A DNA stretch of 64,000 nucleotides from an uncultured delta proteobacterium (lineage in GTDB: Bacteria > Myxococcota_A > Polyangia > Palsa-1104): assembly GCA_963785725.1 (NCBI GenBank), contig CAWAWS010000039.1, positions 192,001-256,000 on the forward strand, given 5' to 3'. Of this stretch, positions 1 to 8,967 are shown piece by piece; position 1 is the first letter of the stretch; each line of letters opens with the position of its first letter. The notes under the pieces are model-generated. The model searched no databases, was not told the origin of the DNA, and saw nothing but the letters and a program-made list of their open reading frames with translations. The translations under genes were made by a program, and so were the position numbers.

Positions 1-744
1 CTCGGGACACGAGTGGCCCCAATGCGGCTTGGCGCGATATTCCTCGGGCGTGAACTGCGTGTCGTAGATGACGAGATCGGCGCCTTCGCACAGCCGCACG
101 ACGCCATCGCGCATCGCCTGCAGCTTGGCCGCGTCTTCGGCTTTGAGCGGCTCGCCCGGCTGCGGCGGCTGGCGAATGTATTCCTGCTCGATGAGGATGT
201 CCTTGAACGGCGCCGTATCCGTCACGTAGGCCACCGACGCGCCGTCGCAGTCGAGCCGATAGGCCATCGCGATCCACGGATGGTTCAGCCGCGTGCACGA
301 CACCTTGACCGGCCCGATCTCGAACTTCGCGCCTTCGACGAGCTCACGAAAGGCGACATCCGCCTGCACGTTGTCGAACGGCACCGGAAAATAGGGCGAA
401 TCGGTCTGCGTCGCGAACACGGCGCGCAGATGGGTGTCGTCGCGCTGCCGGGCGTAGACGAAGAATTTGTTGCCGCGCTGATACATGGGCGCGAAGAACG
501 GCAGCCCTTGAATGTGATCCCAGTGCGTGTGGCTGACGAGCAGGTGCGAGGTGCCGTCGCCCTCGCCGAAGCTCGACTGCATCATCTCTTTGCCGAGCTT
601 GCGCAGGCCGGTGCCGGCGTCGATGATGATGTGCGGGCCGCCGTCGGTCTGCACCTCGACGCAGGAAGTGTTGCCGCCGTAACGGTTCGTCTCCGGTCCA
701 GGCACCGGGTAGGAACCGCGCACCCCCCAAAAGCGCACCTTCAC
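1..744 (-). CDS. MBL-fold metallo-hydrolase (3' end outside window)
   Basis: Not in the ORF track because it is truncated. Manual minus-strand translation from GTG at 744: VKVRFWGVRGSYPVPGPETNRYGGNTSCVEV...IIDAGTG...SHTHWDHIQGLPFF, containing the HxHxDH metal motif. Confidence 0.9.
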   Translation of the reverse strand, partial: MKVRFWGVRGSYPVPGPETNRYGGNTSCVEVQTDGGPHIIIDAGTGLRKLGKEMMQSSFGEGDGTSHLLVSHTHWDHIQGLPFFAPMYQRGNKFFVYARQRDDTHLRAVFATQTDSPYFPVPFDNVQADVAFRELVEGAKFEIGPVKVSCTRLNHPWIAMAYRLDCDGASVAYVTDTAPFKDILIEQEYIRQPPQPGEPLKAEDAAKLQAMRDGVVRLCEGADLVIYDTQFTPEEYRAKPHWGHSCPE

Positions 745-916
745 GGGTCGACGGTAACACGCACGGAATCAAAGATCCACGATGCCCCAGCGACGCGGCC
801 GCGGCTGGAGCGGCGGGCACGGCGGCGAACGGCCGGCCAGACGTGCCGACGGAGCGCACGTCGTCTCGCCGGGACGAACGCCGACGGCGACGTTCGTCGG
901 ACCGAAACCGGTGCGC

Positions 917-1366
917 TTAGAATTGCTTCTTGGAATCGAGCAGCAACGTGACCGGGCCGTCGTTGACCAGCTCGACCTGCATCATCGCGCGGAAGCGCCC
1001 GGTCTCGACCGGCACGCCCGTCGCTCGCGCCGCCGCCACGACTTTATCGTAGAGCAGCTCCGCCGGCTGCGGTGGCATCGCCTTGATGAACGACGGTCGC
1101 CGTCCCTTGCGCGCATCACCGTACAGCGTGAACTGGCTCACCAGCAGCAAGGCGCCGCCGACGTCGACGACGGAGCGGTTCATGTTGCCTTCGTCGTCGC
1201 CGAAGATGCGCAAGCCGACGATCTTGTCGACGGTGTAGCGCACGTCCTCGTCGCCGTCGTCGTCGGCGGCAGCGACGAGCACCAGCAAGCCGGCCCCGAT
1301 TTTCCCGATGAGCTCGTCGCCGACTCGGACCTCGGCGCGAAGGACACGCTGCACGACCGCTCGCAC
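917..1366 (-). CDS. dtd: D-aminoacyl-tRNA deacylase
   Basis: MRAVVQRV start, SQFTL motif, NDGPVT Gly-Pro motif. Confidence 0.97.
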   Translation of the reverse strand: MRAVVQRVLRAEVRVGDELIGKIGAGLLVLVAAADDDGDEDVRYTVDKIVGLRIFGDDEGNMNRSVVDVGGALLLVSQFTLYGDARKGRRPSFIKAMPPQPAELLYDKVVAAARATGVPVETGRFRAMMQVELVNDGPVTLLLDSKKQF

Positions 1367-1635
1367 CGCGCTCTGATAGCACTCCGCTCCGATCTGCTCA
1401 ACCGATCACACGGGCCCGTCGTCGCCGGGGGCGAAAGTGTCGATGATTTCGTACAAGATCCGGCGATTACGCCGCATCCGCCTGCCCGCGCTGGCTCTTT
1501 TGCGCCACAAAGTCGCGCTGATGTCGCGTTTTTCGTACGCTGAGATGGTGACCCATCAGGCAACCCGCGCCGTCGTTCACGCGACCAAACGTGGTCTTGC
1601 GCCGCCCAATACCCGCGTCTATAGTGCGCCCCCTG

Positions 1636-2208
1636 ATGTGGCGAGCCGTACCACTCGTCGCTTTGCTGTTGATCGCCGGTTGCGGCCACAACATCGGCGA
1701 CCCCTGCACCACCAACGTCGACTGCAACCCCCAGGGCGATCGCTTCTGCGATACCGCCTCGCTCAACGGCTACTGCACCCAAGAAAACTGCGACTACGAC
1801 AGCTGCCCGGGCGACTCGGTCTGCGTCCGCTTCTTCACGCCGCTCGAGGACGAAGTCTGCGACCCGCGCGACGAGCCCGTTGGCCCGCTCTGTCCCATCG
1901 ACGAGCGCTGCGTCTGCGACGACACCACGAACGGCAAGTGCACCACGCAAGCTACGCTGGAGACGCTGGTCGGCGACATGGAAGTACCCGTCCTGAGCGA
2001 CGGTGGCGCCATCGAGGATGTCGGCGGCCACTGCGCGCCGACCGCCTCCGAGCATCGCTGGTGCATGAAGCGCTGCGCTCACAACGGCGACTGCCGCGAA
2101 GGCTATCAGTGCCGCGAAACCGGCACGTTCGGCGCCGAGGGCCTCGCGACCTTCGACATGGGCGACGTCACCTCCAAGTTCTGCGCGCCCACCGGCATCA
2201 CCAACTGA
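1636..2208 (+). CDS. Cys-rich lipoprotein
   Basis: MWRAVPLVALLLIAG-C lipobox, many paired Cys. Start chosen at ATG 1636, downstream of TATAGT (1620-1625). Confidence 0.75.
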   Translation: MWRAVPLVALLLIAGCGHNIGDPCTTNVDCNPQGDRFCDTASLNGYCTQENCDYDSCPGDSVCVRFFTPLEDEVCDPRDEPVGPLCPIDERCVCDDTTNGKCTTQATLETLVGDMEVPVLSDGGAIEDVGGHCAPTASEHRWCMKRCAHNGDCREGYQCRETGTFGAEGLATFDMGDVTSKFCAPTGITN

Positions 2209-2217
2209 AGCGTCCTC

Positions 2218-3147
2218 ATGCGCGGTAGCTTCATTCGCCGCCGCCTCGTCTCCAGCTTCAGCGCCATCTTCGGCGTCTCGATTCTCGTATTCCTGCTCGT
2301 CCATCTCATTCCCGGCGATCCGATCGACAACTTGCTCGGCGAGCGCGCCGATCCGATCGACAAGATCGAGATGCGCCGCTGCATGGATCTCGATCAGCCG
2401 CTCATCATTCAGTTCGGCCGCTTCCTCAAGAACGTTGGCGACGGCACCCTCGGCCACACCTGTCCCGATCAGCGTCGCACCGTCTCGTCGCTCATCGCCG
2501 AGGCGCTGCCGTCGACCATCGCGCTGGCCACCGCGGCCATGGTCGTCGCGCTCATCCTGGCGCTGCCGCTCGGCATGGTCGCCGCGCTGCGACCACGCAG
2601 CGGCCTCGACGCGGCGGCCACCGCCATCTCGCTCGCCGGTATCTCCATGCCCGCGATGTGGCTCGGCCCACTCTTGCTCGCCATCTTCTATGTCGGCTTG
2701 CAATGGCTGCCGGGTCCCGCCGATCAGACCGGCTTGGCGACGCTGATCTTGCCCGCCATCATGCTCGGCACGCACCTCATGGCCATGCTGGCGCGCATGA
2801 CTCGCTCGTCGCTGCTCGAGGTGCTCGGCGAAGATTACGTCCGCACGGCGCGCGCCAAAGGTCTGTCGTCGACCGCCGTCGTCCTCCGCCACGCGCTGCG
2901 CAACGCGCTCGTCCCCGTCATCACCGTCGCCGGCATACAGTTCGGCTCGCTGCTCGCCGGCGCCGTCGTCACCGAAAAAGTGTTCGCGCGACCCGGCATC
3001 GGCACGCTGCTCTTGGAGGCGATCTCGCAGCGCAACTATCGCGTCGTGCAAGGCTGCACGCTGGTCATCGCCGTCAGCTACGTGACGGTGAACCTGCTCG
3101 TCGATCTCGCGTATGGGCTGGCCGATCCGCGGATTCGCGTGCAATGA
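2218..3147 (+). CDS. Peptide/nickel ABC transporter permease (DppB/OppB family)
   Basis: HLIPGDP, EAA-loop region [24 protein letters not shown]. Confidence 0.93.
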   Translation: MRGSFIRRRLVSSFSAIFGVSILVFLLVHLIPGDPIDNLLGERADPIDKIEMRRCMDLDQPLIIQFGRFLKNVGDGTLGHTCPDQRRTVSSLIAEALPSTIALATAAMVVALILALPLGMVAALRPRSGLDAAATAISLAGISMPAMWLGPLLLAIFYVGLQWLPGPADQTGLATLILPAIMLGTHLMAMLARMTRSSLLEVLGEDYVRTARAKGLSSTAVVLRHALRNALVPVITVAGIQFGSLLAGAVVTEKVFARPGIGTLLLEAISQRNYRVVQGCTLVIAVSYVTVNLLVDLAYGLADPRIRVQ

Positions 3148-3971
3148 AGCGCCTCCTTTCACAGATGGGTATCGGCGCTTTCTTAGGAATGTTGCTACTC
3201 GCGCTGTTTTTCTTAGCGGCGCTCATCGGACCGTGGATCGCGCCCTATGATCCGGAAGCGCAGAACCTGGCGCACCTGCTCGAGCATGCGAGCCGCGCGC
3301 ATTGGCTCGGCACCGACGAGAACGGCTGCGACGTCCTGTCGCAGCTGCTCTTCGGCGCGCGCCTCGCCGCCGGCATTTCGCTGGCCATCGTCGCGCTGTG
3401 CCTCGTCATCGGTATCGCGGTCGGCACGATCGCCGGCTATTTCGGCGGGCTCATCGACGAGACGATCATGCGCGTCGTCGATGTCCTGCTCGCTTTCCCC
3501 GGCATCCTCCTCAACCTCGCCATCGTCGCCATTGTCCCTTCGGCGGGCGTCGGCGTGTTCATCTTCGCCATCACCATTAATGGTTGGGTCGGCTACGCCC
3601 GTGTCGCGCGCGGCCAAGTGCTGCAAGTCCGCGAACGCGAGTACGTGCAGGCCGCGCGCGCGATCGGCGCGTCGTCGTGGCGGATCATGCTGCGCCACGT
3701 GGTCCCCAATTCGTTGTCGCCCTTGATCGTGCAAGCGACGTTCGGCTTCGCGGGCGTGATCCTGGTCGAAGCGAGCCTGGCGTTTCTCGGGATCGGCCGG
3801 CTGCACACGTACAGCTGGGGCGCGCTGCTGTCGCAAGGCACGACGTATCTGTGGCGGACGCAGCACCTGGCGATGGCGCCGGGCATCGCGATCGCGCTCG
3901 TCGTCCTCGGCTGCAACTTGGTCGGCGACGGCCTTCGCGATCGCTTCGACCCGCGCCGCATCACCCGCTGA
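3144..3971 (+). CDS. Peptide/nickel ABC transporter permease (DppC/OppC family)
   Basis: ATGA overlap with the upstream permease; [31 protein letters not shown]. Confidence 0.93.
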   Translation: MKRLLSQMGIGAFLGMLLLALFFLAALIGPWIAPYDPEAQNLAHLLEHASRAHWLGTDENGCDVLSQLLFGARLAAGISLAIVALCLVIGIAVGTIAGYFGGLIDETIMRVVDVLLAFPGILLNLAIVAIVPSAGVGVFIFAITINGWVGYARVARGQVLQVREREYVQAARAIGASSWRIMLRHVVPNSLSPLIVQATFGFAGVILVEASLAFLGIGRLHTYSWGALLSQGTTYLWRTQHLAMAPGIAIALVVLGCNLVGDGLRDRFDPRRITR

Positions 3972-4047
3972 TCGCCGCGCGCGCGGTTGGCGATGCCGCC
4001 GTCGCGCGTGGGCAGCAGGCGCTCGCTCGCTCGGCAAGCGGGCCCAC

Positions 4048-4063
4048 TGGCCTGAAGCGTGCA
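4048..4063 (+). promoter_or_regulatory. Putative sigma54 -24/-12 promoter
   Basis: TGGCCTGAAGCGTGCA, GG-N10-GC, upstream of two small lipoprotein genes. Confidence 0.4.
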
Positions 4064-4085
4064 GCCTCTCTGCTCAACGGGATCG

Positions 4086-4271
4086 ATGCGAACGGTGCTC
4101 ATACTGCCGCTGCTCGTGACCTTCGGATGCGCCCATCACCAAGCGGACCTGGCGCAACGTCCGAAGCATGCTGAGCCGGCGAGTGACTTCGGCCGCAGCG
4201 TGCGCCCGGCGACTCCGCCGAGCACGCCGTGGCGATCGCCCGAGCCCATCGCACCCTCGCCGATCCAATAG
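4086..4271 (+). CDS. Small Pro-rich lipoprotein
   Basis: MRTVLILPLLVTFG-C lipobox-like signal. Confidence 0.55.
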   Translation: MRTVLILPLLVTFGCAHHQADLAQRPKHAEPASDFGRSVRPATPPSTPWRSPEPIAPSPIQ

Positions 4272-4282
4272 GAGGAGACGGA

Positions 4283-4564
4283 ATGTCGAAACGTGTGTGG
4301 CTCGCAGGTGCATTGGGACTGTTGGTCGCCGGTTGCGCGACGTCCGAGGAGACGGCGCAGCGCGCGCAGATTCATGATCAGCGGGCCCGTCAAGCGGCGG
4401 CTTACGAAGACTACGATCGCGCGGCGCAAGAGAAGCATGAAGCGGATCGACTGCGCGCCAAAGCGGCCGAGGAGCGCAGCCAGGAGAATTATGGCGAGCC
4501 GGTGCCGCCGCCGCCGCCGGCCGTTCCGCCCGACTACATGCCGCCGCCGCCGCCCGCCGAGTAG
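4283..4564 (+). CDS. Small lipoprotein with helical core and poly-Pro tail
   Basis: GGAGGAG RBS at 4271-4277; MSKRVWLAGALGLLVAG-C lipobox. Confidence 0.75.
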   Translation: MSKRVWLAGALGLLVAGCATSEETAQRAQIHDQRARQAAAYEDYDRAAQEKHEADRLRAKAAEERSQENYGEPVPPPPPAVPPDYMPPPPPAE

Positions 4565-5538
4565 ACATTCGGGATCGGCAGATTTCCGATTCGCCCGCCG
4601 AGCGAGACGGTCTCGACCCATTGCATGATCGGCGGCGGCGATTGCGTGCGCCCGGCGAAGACGTCTTCGACCACGCGCTCGAAGTCTTCGACCATCTGCG
4701 CCACGAACACCGCGCCGGCTTCGGCCGTCGCGCGATGCGGCCGGCCCGTGTAACCCGGGAATGGCCGCAGCGAATTCCAGCCGACGCCCGCGGCCGCGAA
4801 CGTCAGCTCGCGCGCCAGCCGATCGGCGCCCGCGGCGCTCGCGAGCTTCGCCGCCAACGCGAACTTCGCGTCCGGCCGAACGTCGGCACAAGGCGGCAGC
4901 GATCGATAATCGGGCGCGACCGAATCGGGCGCGTAATGCAGCGCCATCGAGGTCTCGAAGAAGCCGGCGTGAAAATCGAGCGCCAACGTCGCCATCATCT
5001 GTTCGCGCTCGTTCGCGTCTTCGATGTGCGCGAAGGCCGCCGCGTACTTCGCCGGGTCGACCGTCAACATCTCCTGCAGCACGATATTGAACGGCGCCAC
5101 CGCGCGCACGCCCGCCTCCGTGAGCAGTTGCACGCCCGCTTCGATCGCCAGGTTGTGCAGCGGCGCGCCATGAAACGTCATGATCACGACTTTGCTGGCG
5201 CCGAGCTCGACCAGCGCCCGACAGGCCTCGAGCACGAGATTGCGCGCGACCAAATAAGGTGTGCGTCGCGTGCCCGGGCCGGGACACGGCTCGACGCCAA
5301 CTTCGAGATCGGCGGCCATGAGCAGTGGCCAATCGTGACGCGCGCGTAGTCGATCGTGAAGCTCGCGCACGATGCCGAGGCTGACCAGCCGATCGTTGTG
5401 CAGCGACAAATGCGGCCCATGATATTCGACCGGATTGACCGTCAAGTAGACGGGCGCACCCGTACGAACCAACCGTTGGGCTTCCTGATGCGGCACATCG
5501 AGCAGCGAGATCATCGTGTCATCCTCGGGCTGGCTCAT
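4534..5538 (-). CDS. Creatininase-family amidohydrolase
   Basis: EYHGPHL, FHG and HAGFFETS metal-binding motifs; start overlaps the stop of the upstream gene. Confidence 0.85.
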   Translation of the reverse strand: MSQPEDDTMISLLDVPHQEAQRLVRTGAPVYLTVNPVEYHGPHLSLHNDRLVSLGIVRELHDRLRARHDWPLLMAADLEVGVEPCPGPGTRRTPYLVARNLVLEACRALVELGASKVVIMTFHGAPLHNLAIEAGVQLLTEAGVRAVAPFNIVLQEMLTVDPAKYAAAFAHIEDANEREQMMATLALDFHAGFFETSMALHYAPDSVAPDYRSLPPCADVRPDAKFALAAKLASAAGADRLARELTFAAAGVGWNSLRPFPGYTGRPHRATAEAGAVFVAQMVEDFERVVEDVFAGRTQSPPPIMQWVETVSLGGRIGNLPIPNVYSAGGGGGM

Positions 5539-6398
5539 AGCGACACCGTGATGGGGTATTCGCCGGCGATCGTTCCCGGGCGCCAGCGCGAACGTGGAAT
5601 GGCGATGCGACCGCGACGTGGAAGTTGGCAAACCGAGACGAAGTCGTGCGCCTCGTCGTCCGCGTAGACGTGAAAGCCGCTGCGAATGACGCGAGGATTC
5701 GGCCACGCGTCGCCGGCCTCGACGGCTTCGGTCGCGTCGAGCACCTCCTCGACCTTCAGCGCCAGCGGTCGCTGCCCGTCTTCGCGCGGGACCTGATACG
5801 CGTTGACCAAGAACGCCGAGCGCGCGACGCCGGCTTGCAAGGCGCGCCCAAGCAATCGCGACGCGACCTTCTCGGCGCCATACGCGAAGTTCCCGAGCAC
5901 GACCAGCAGATCGCAGCGCAGCGCGACCGGCGATAGCTCGACGAACGCCATCAAGTCGGAACATATAATGAAGCGCGCCTCGATCAGATCTTCCTGCCAA
6001 TCGAGCCGCACGCGATTGATGCGCTGATAGGGCGCGACGCCGATGCCGTCTTCCATCTCGAACGCTTGCGGGCTCACCTTCGCCTGCGGAACGTGCACGA
6101 CACCGTGGCGCGTAAAGATGACGAGCGCGTTGTAGCGCAGCTCGGGATCGCGTCCCGGCAGATCTTCGTGCAGGTCGGGCGCTACGTTCAGCGTCGTCAC
6201 GATGTTGATGTCACGCGCTTGCGCCAGCGCGACGAGTCGGGCGAACGCGCGCCCCGAGCCGCTCGCCGTCCACGCGACATACTCCGGCAAGAACGCGGTC
6301 TCGCCAGCGGCGACTTGCTCGAGCGAGGCCACCGCGCGATCCCACATCTCCTCTTCGCTGCCGAGCTGGAGCGCCAATAAGTGGAAGTCGGAGATCAC
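5535..6398 (-). CDS. Carbon-nitrogen hydrolase (nitrilase superfamily) protein
   Basis: E-K-C triad pattern: FLPEY, QAKV, IICSD; YNALVIF strand. Confidence 0.7.
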   Translation of the reverse strand: MISDFHLLALQLGSEEEMWDRAVASLEQVAAGETAFLPEYVAWTASGSGRAFARLVALAQARDINIVTTLNVAPDLHEDLPGRDPELRYNALVIFTRHGVVHVPQAKVSPQAFEMEDGIGVAPYQRINRVRLDWQEDLIEARFIICSDLMAFVELSPVALRCDLLVVLGNFAYGAEKVASRLLGRALQAGVARSAFLVNAYQVPREDGQRPLALKVEEVLDATEAVEAGDAWPNPRVIRSGFHVYADDEAHDFVSVCQLPRRGRIAIPRSRWRPGTIAGEYPITVSL

Positions 6399-6414
6399 GT
6401 GGCACCGCGTCGCC

Positions 6415-6430
6415 GATCCGGTAACCGGAC
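6415..6430. repeat. Short variant copy of the dispersed motif
   Basis: GATCCGGTAACCGGAC, 15/16 identical to 11391-11406. Confidence 0.45.
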
Positions 6431-6955
6431 GGCGCTCGAACGGTGCGTGCTGACGCCACCGTCGCGGTTTCGTTGTTCCTTCGGAAGACGTGCGGGAAAC
6501 CGAGACGGCGCGTGAGGCATGTACGTCGCTGGATGATCTGGCGGCGGGGAAGGCGAGTCAAGCCTGGGCGCCGGAGTGGCTGGGCACGCCGGGCTCGGCG
6601 CTGACGCTCACCGAGGCAGCGAATGCAGCGCGCGGGCGCCGAACGGCCACAGCAGCACGAGGCCGAGCCCGAGCCACGACGATCGCGGCAGTACCGAGAT
6701 GGCGAGGCGGCGACACGCCCTCGGCCGAGCCGCGCGATCGGCCATGCGGCCGATTCCGGCAGCGACGCGGGGCCGACGATCGAGCCGAGCCCGAAGCGCA
6801 CGATATAAGTAATGCGCGCGCGCCCAGTCGAATGCGGCGGCGGCGATTTACTCGCAGGAATTCGCAGCTTTTGCGTCTGGCGCGACCACCTGGCAGAAGT
6901 GCCGAGAGTGCTTATCGAAGCCGTGAGGCGCGCGCGTACGCGGTCGGAAGCGGAA

Positions 6956-7006
6956 TGAATGACCATTCAGTTTCGCCTTGACGCACGGCGTCGTTCTCGC
7001 CACTGT
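6956..7006 (+). promoter_or_regulatory. Palindromic operator plus sigma70-type promoter of the glyoxylate operon
   Basis: TGAATG-AC-CATTCA (6956-6969); TTGACG (6978-6983) -17 nt- CACTGT (7001-7006). Confidence 0.55.
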
Positions 7007-7030
7007 TGCGATCGAACGATCGGAGGCTGA

Positions 7031-8920
7031 ATGGCCACTCGTCGACTGTACCTGCGTGATGGGCTCGTTCCGAGCTACGAAGACGTCCTGACGCCGGAGG
7101 TGCTCGCGGCGCTGGAAGCGATCGCCCACTTCAACGGCGAGCGTCAGCGCATCCTCGCCGAGCGCAGCGCGCGACGTGCCGCTCGCTTCCGCGAGCATCG
7201 CCGCATCGAGTTCCTCGACGCCCACGCGACCATCCCGCGCACGCAAATCACCGTCGCCGATGCGCGTGCGGGCAAGTTCGTCGGCTCGACGATTCCCGGC
7301 GATCTGCAGCGCCAGTGGATTCAGGGCACCGGCCCGGCGGCGCGACCGCGCGCCAGCGTCGAGCAGAGCCTGCGCAACGTGGCCTACGCGCTCTTGTCGG
7401 GCGCCGACGGCTGGATGTTCGACGGTGAGGACGCGCTCGGCCAAGTGTCGACGATGTCGCTCGACAATCAGCGATGTCTCAAGCTGGCGTTCGCGCGTTC
7501 GGCGACGTTTCTCGCCGTCGCCGAGCAGGTGGCTCACGAGATGAACGGCTGGGCCAAAGGCTTCCTCGGCCGCGCGACCATCGCCGATTGGAAGCAGCAG
7601 CTCGACTTCACGACGCGCATCTTCCGCGCCCGCGGCCTCCACCTCGACGACCGCCACATCCGCGACCGCGACGGCTCGGGCTTCTCGGCCTCGATCGTCG
7701 ACGCCGCCATCTACGTCGTCAACAATCACGCGACGCTGCGCCAAGAAGGGCGCTCGCTGGTCCTCTATTTGCCGAAGATTCAGACGGCCGAAGAGGCGGC
7801 GCTGTGGAACGACATCCTCGGCGCGCTCGAAGGTCATGTCGGCCTGCCGACGGGCACGATCAAGACCTACGTCCTCGTCGAGCAGCTCGAGGCGTCGTAT
7901 CAGCTCATGGAGATCCGCGCCGCGCTGGCGCCACGCTTCGTCGGCTTCAACACCGGCCGTTGGGACTACATCAACGCCGTGTCCGACGCGATGGCGTGGG
8001 ATCCGGCGTTCGTCAATCCCAACATCGACGCCATCACGATGACGTATGGCTACATGCGGAACTACGAGGACCGCGTGCGCCGCGCGGTCAATACGCCCGA
8101 CGCCAAAGGACAGTTCGCGCTCTGGCAAGGCGGCATGGAGCCCAACATCCCGGTCGGCAGCGAGAAGGGCGTCGCCGAGGCGATGAAGCGCGCCGTGGCC
8201 GGCGGCGAGCGCGAGCAAAAAGCCGGTGCGAGCGGCAAGTGGGTCGCGCACTGGAAGATGGTGCATATCGTGCGCCCCGTCTGGGAAAAAGCCGGCCAGG
8301 CGAACCAGCTGGGACGCGAGTTCCCGCCGTTGGAATACGCCAAAGCGGACGCCGAGGCATTGACGCTGCTCGAGCCCGCGCCGAGAACCGTGCGTGGTGC
8401 GCGTGATCTATTGAGCGTCGCCGTCCAGTACGGAAACGCGTTCGGGCGGGGATTCCAGGCGGCGGCGCTGAAGCCGGCCGACTTCTTCGGCAACGACGAC
8501 GTGCTGTACCTGATGGAAGACATGGCGACGGGCGAAATTCGCCTCTCGATCCTGTGGGAGTGGCTACACAAGCGGGCGGCGTTCACGGAGGACGACGCGG
8601 CCGCCGGCGTCAAAGCGGGAGAGCCGCTGACGAAGGCGCTGTTCGAGCGGCTCCTGGCCGAGGAGTACGCCAAGCTGCTGAAGGCGTCGAATCGCGACGT
8701 GCACGACGAGTCCAAGACGACGACGCTGCCGATCGCGCGCGAGATCGCCGACCGCTACGTCACGAGCGCGCTCAAGTCGCCCTGGTACGTCGATCTCTTG
8801 AACCTGAACTTGAACAACGAGGAGCTCGCGCGCGCCCGCCAACGCATCGGCGAGTACCTCGCGCGGCTGGAACGCGACGGGACGCGCATCACCGACAACC
8901 CCGACTTCGTCGTCGGCTGA
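7031..8920 (+). CDS. aceB: Malate synthase (AceB/MSA-type)
   Basis: [29 protein letters not shown] and MEDMATGEI motifs. Confidence 0.9.
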   Translation: MATRRLYLRDGLVPSYEDVLTPEVLAALEAIAHFNGERQRILAERSARRAARFREHRRIEFLDAHATIPRTQITVADARAGKFVGSTIPGDLQRQWIQGTGPAARPRASVEQSLRNVAYALLSGADGWMFDGEDALGQVSTMSLDNQRCLKLAFARSATFLAVAEQVAHEMNGWAKGFLGRATIADWKQQLDFTTRIFRARGLHLDDRHIRDRDGSGFSASIVDAAIYVVNNHATLRQEGRSLVLYLPKIQTAEEAALWNDILGALEGHVGLPTGTIKTYVLVEQLEASYQLMEIRAALAPRFVGFNTGRWDYINAVSDAMAWDPAFVNPNIDAITMTYGYMRNYEDRVRRAVNTPDAKGQFALWQGGMEPNIPVGSEKGVAEAMKRAVAGGEREQKAGASGKWVAHWKMVHIVRPVWEKAGQANQLGREFPPLEYAKADAEALTLLEPAPRTVRGARDLLSVAVQYGNAFGRGFQAAALKPADFFGNDDVLYLMEDMATGEIRLSILWEWLHKRAAFTEDDAAAGVKAGEPLTKALFERLLAEEYAKLLKASNRDVHDESKTTTLPIAREIADRYVTSALKSPWYVDLLNLNLNNEELARARQRIGEYLARLERDGTRITDNPDFVVG

Positions 8921-8967
8921 ACGATAGAGACGTCCGACTAGGAACGCGCACCAAGGAGGCAGGTTCA

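Noticed and set aside
13..951. 312-aa plus-strand ORF and the many other long Arg/Ala-rich ORFs in the track (e.g. 1180-3162, 23922-26519, 45851-47896)
   Set aside because: Antisense or off-frame shadows typical of high-GC DNA; recognisable genes occupy other frames.
1453..1463. ACAAGATCCGG partial match to the dispersed motif
   Set aside because: Only 11 nt, no palindrome, and no correctly spaced GG-N10-GC noticed.
6540..6950. Protein-coding gene in the nitrilase-aceB gap
   Set aside because: Only a short hydrophobic minus-strand stretch with no recognisable family; at most a remnant.
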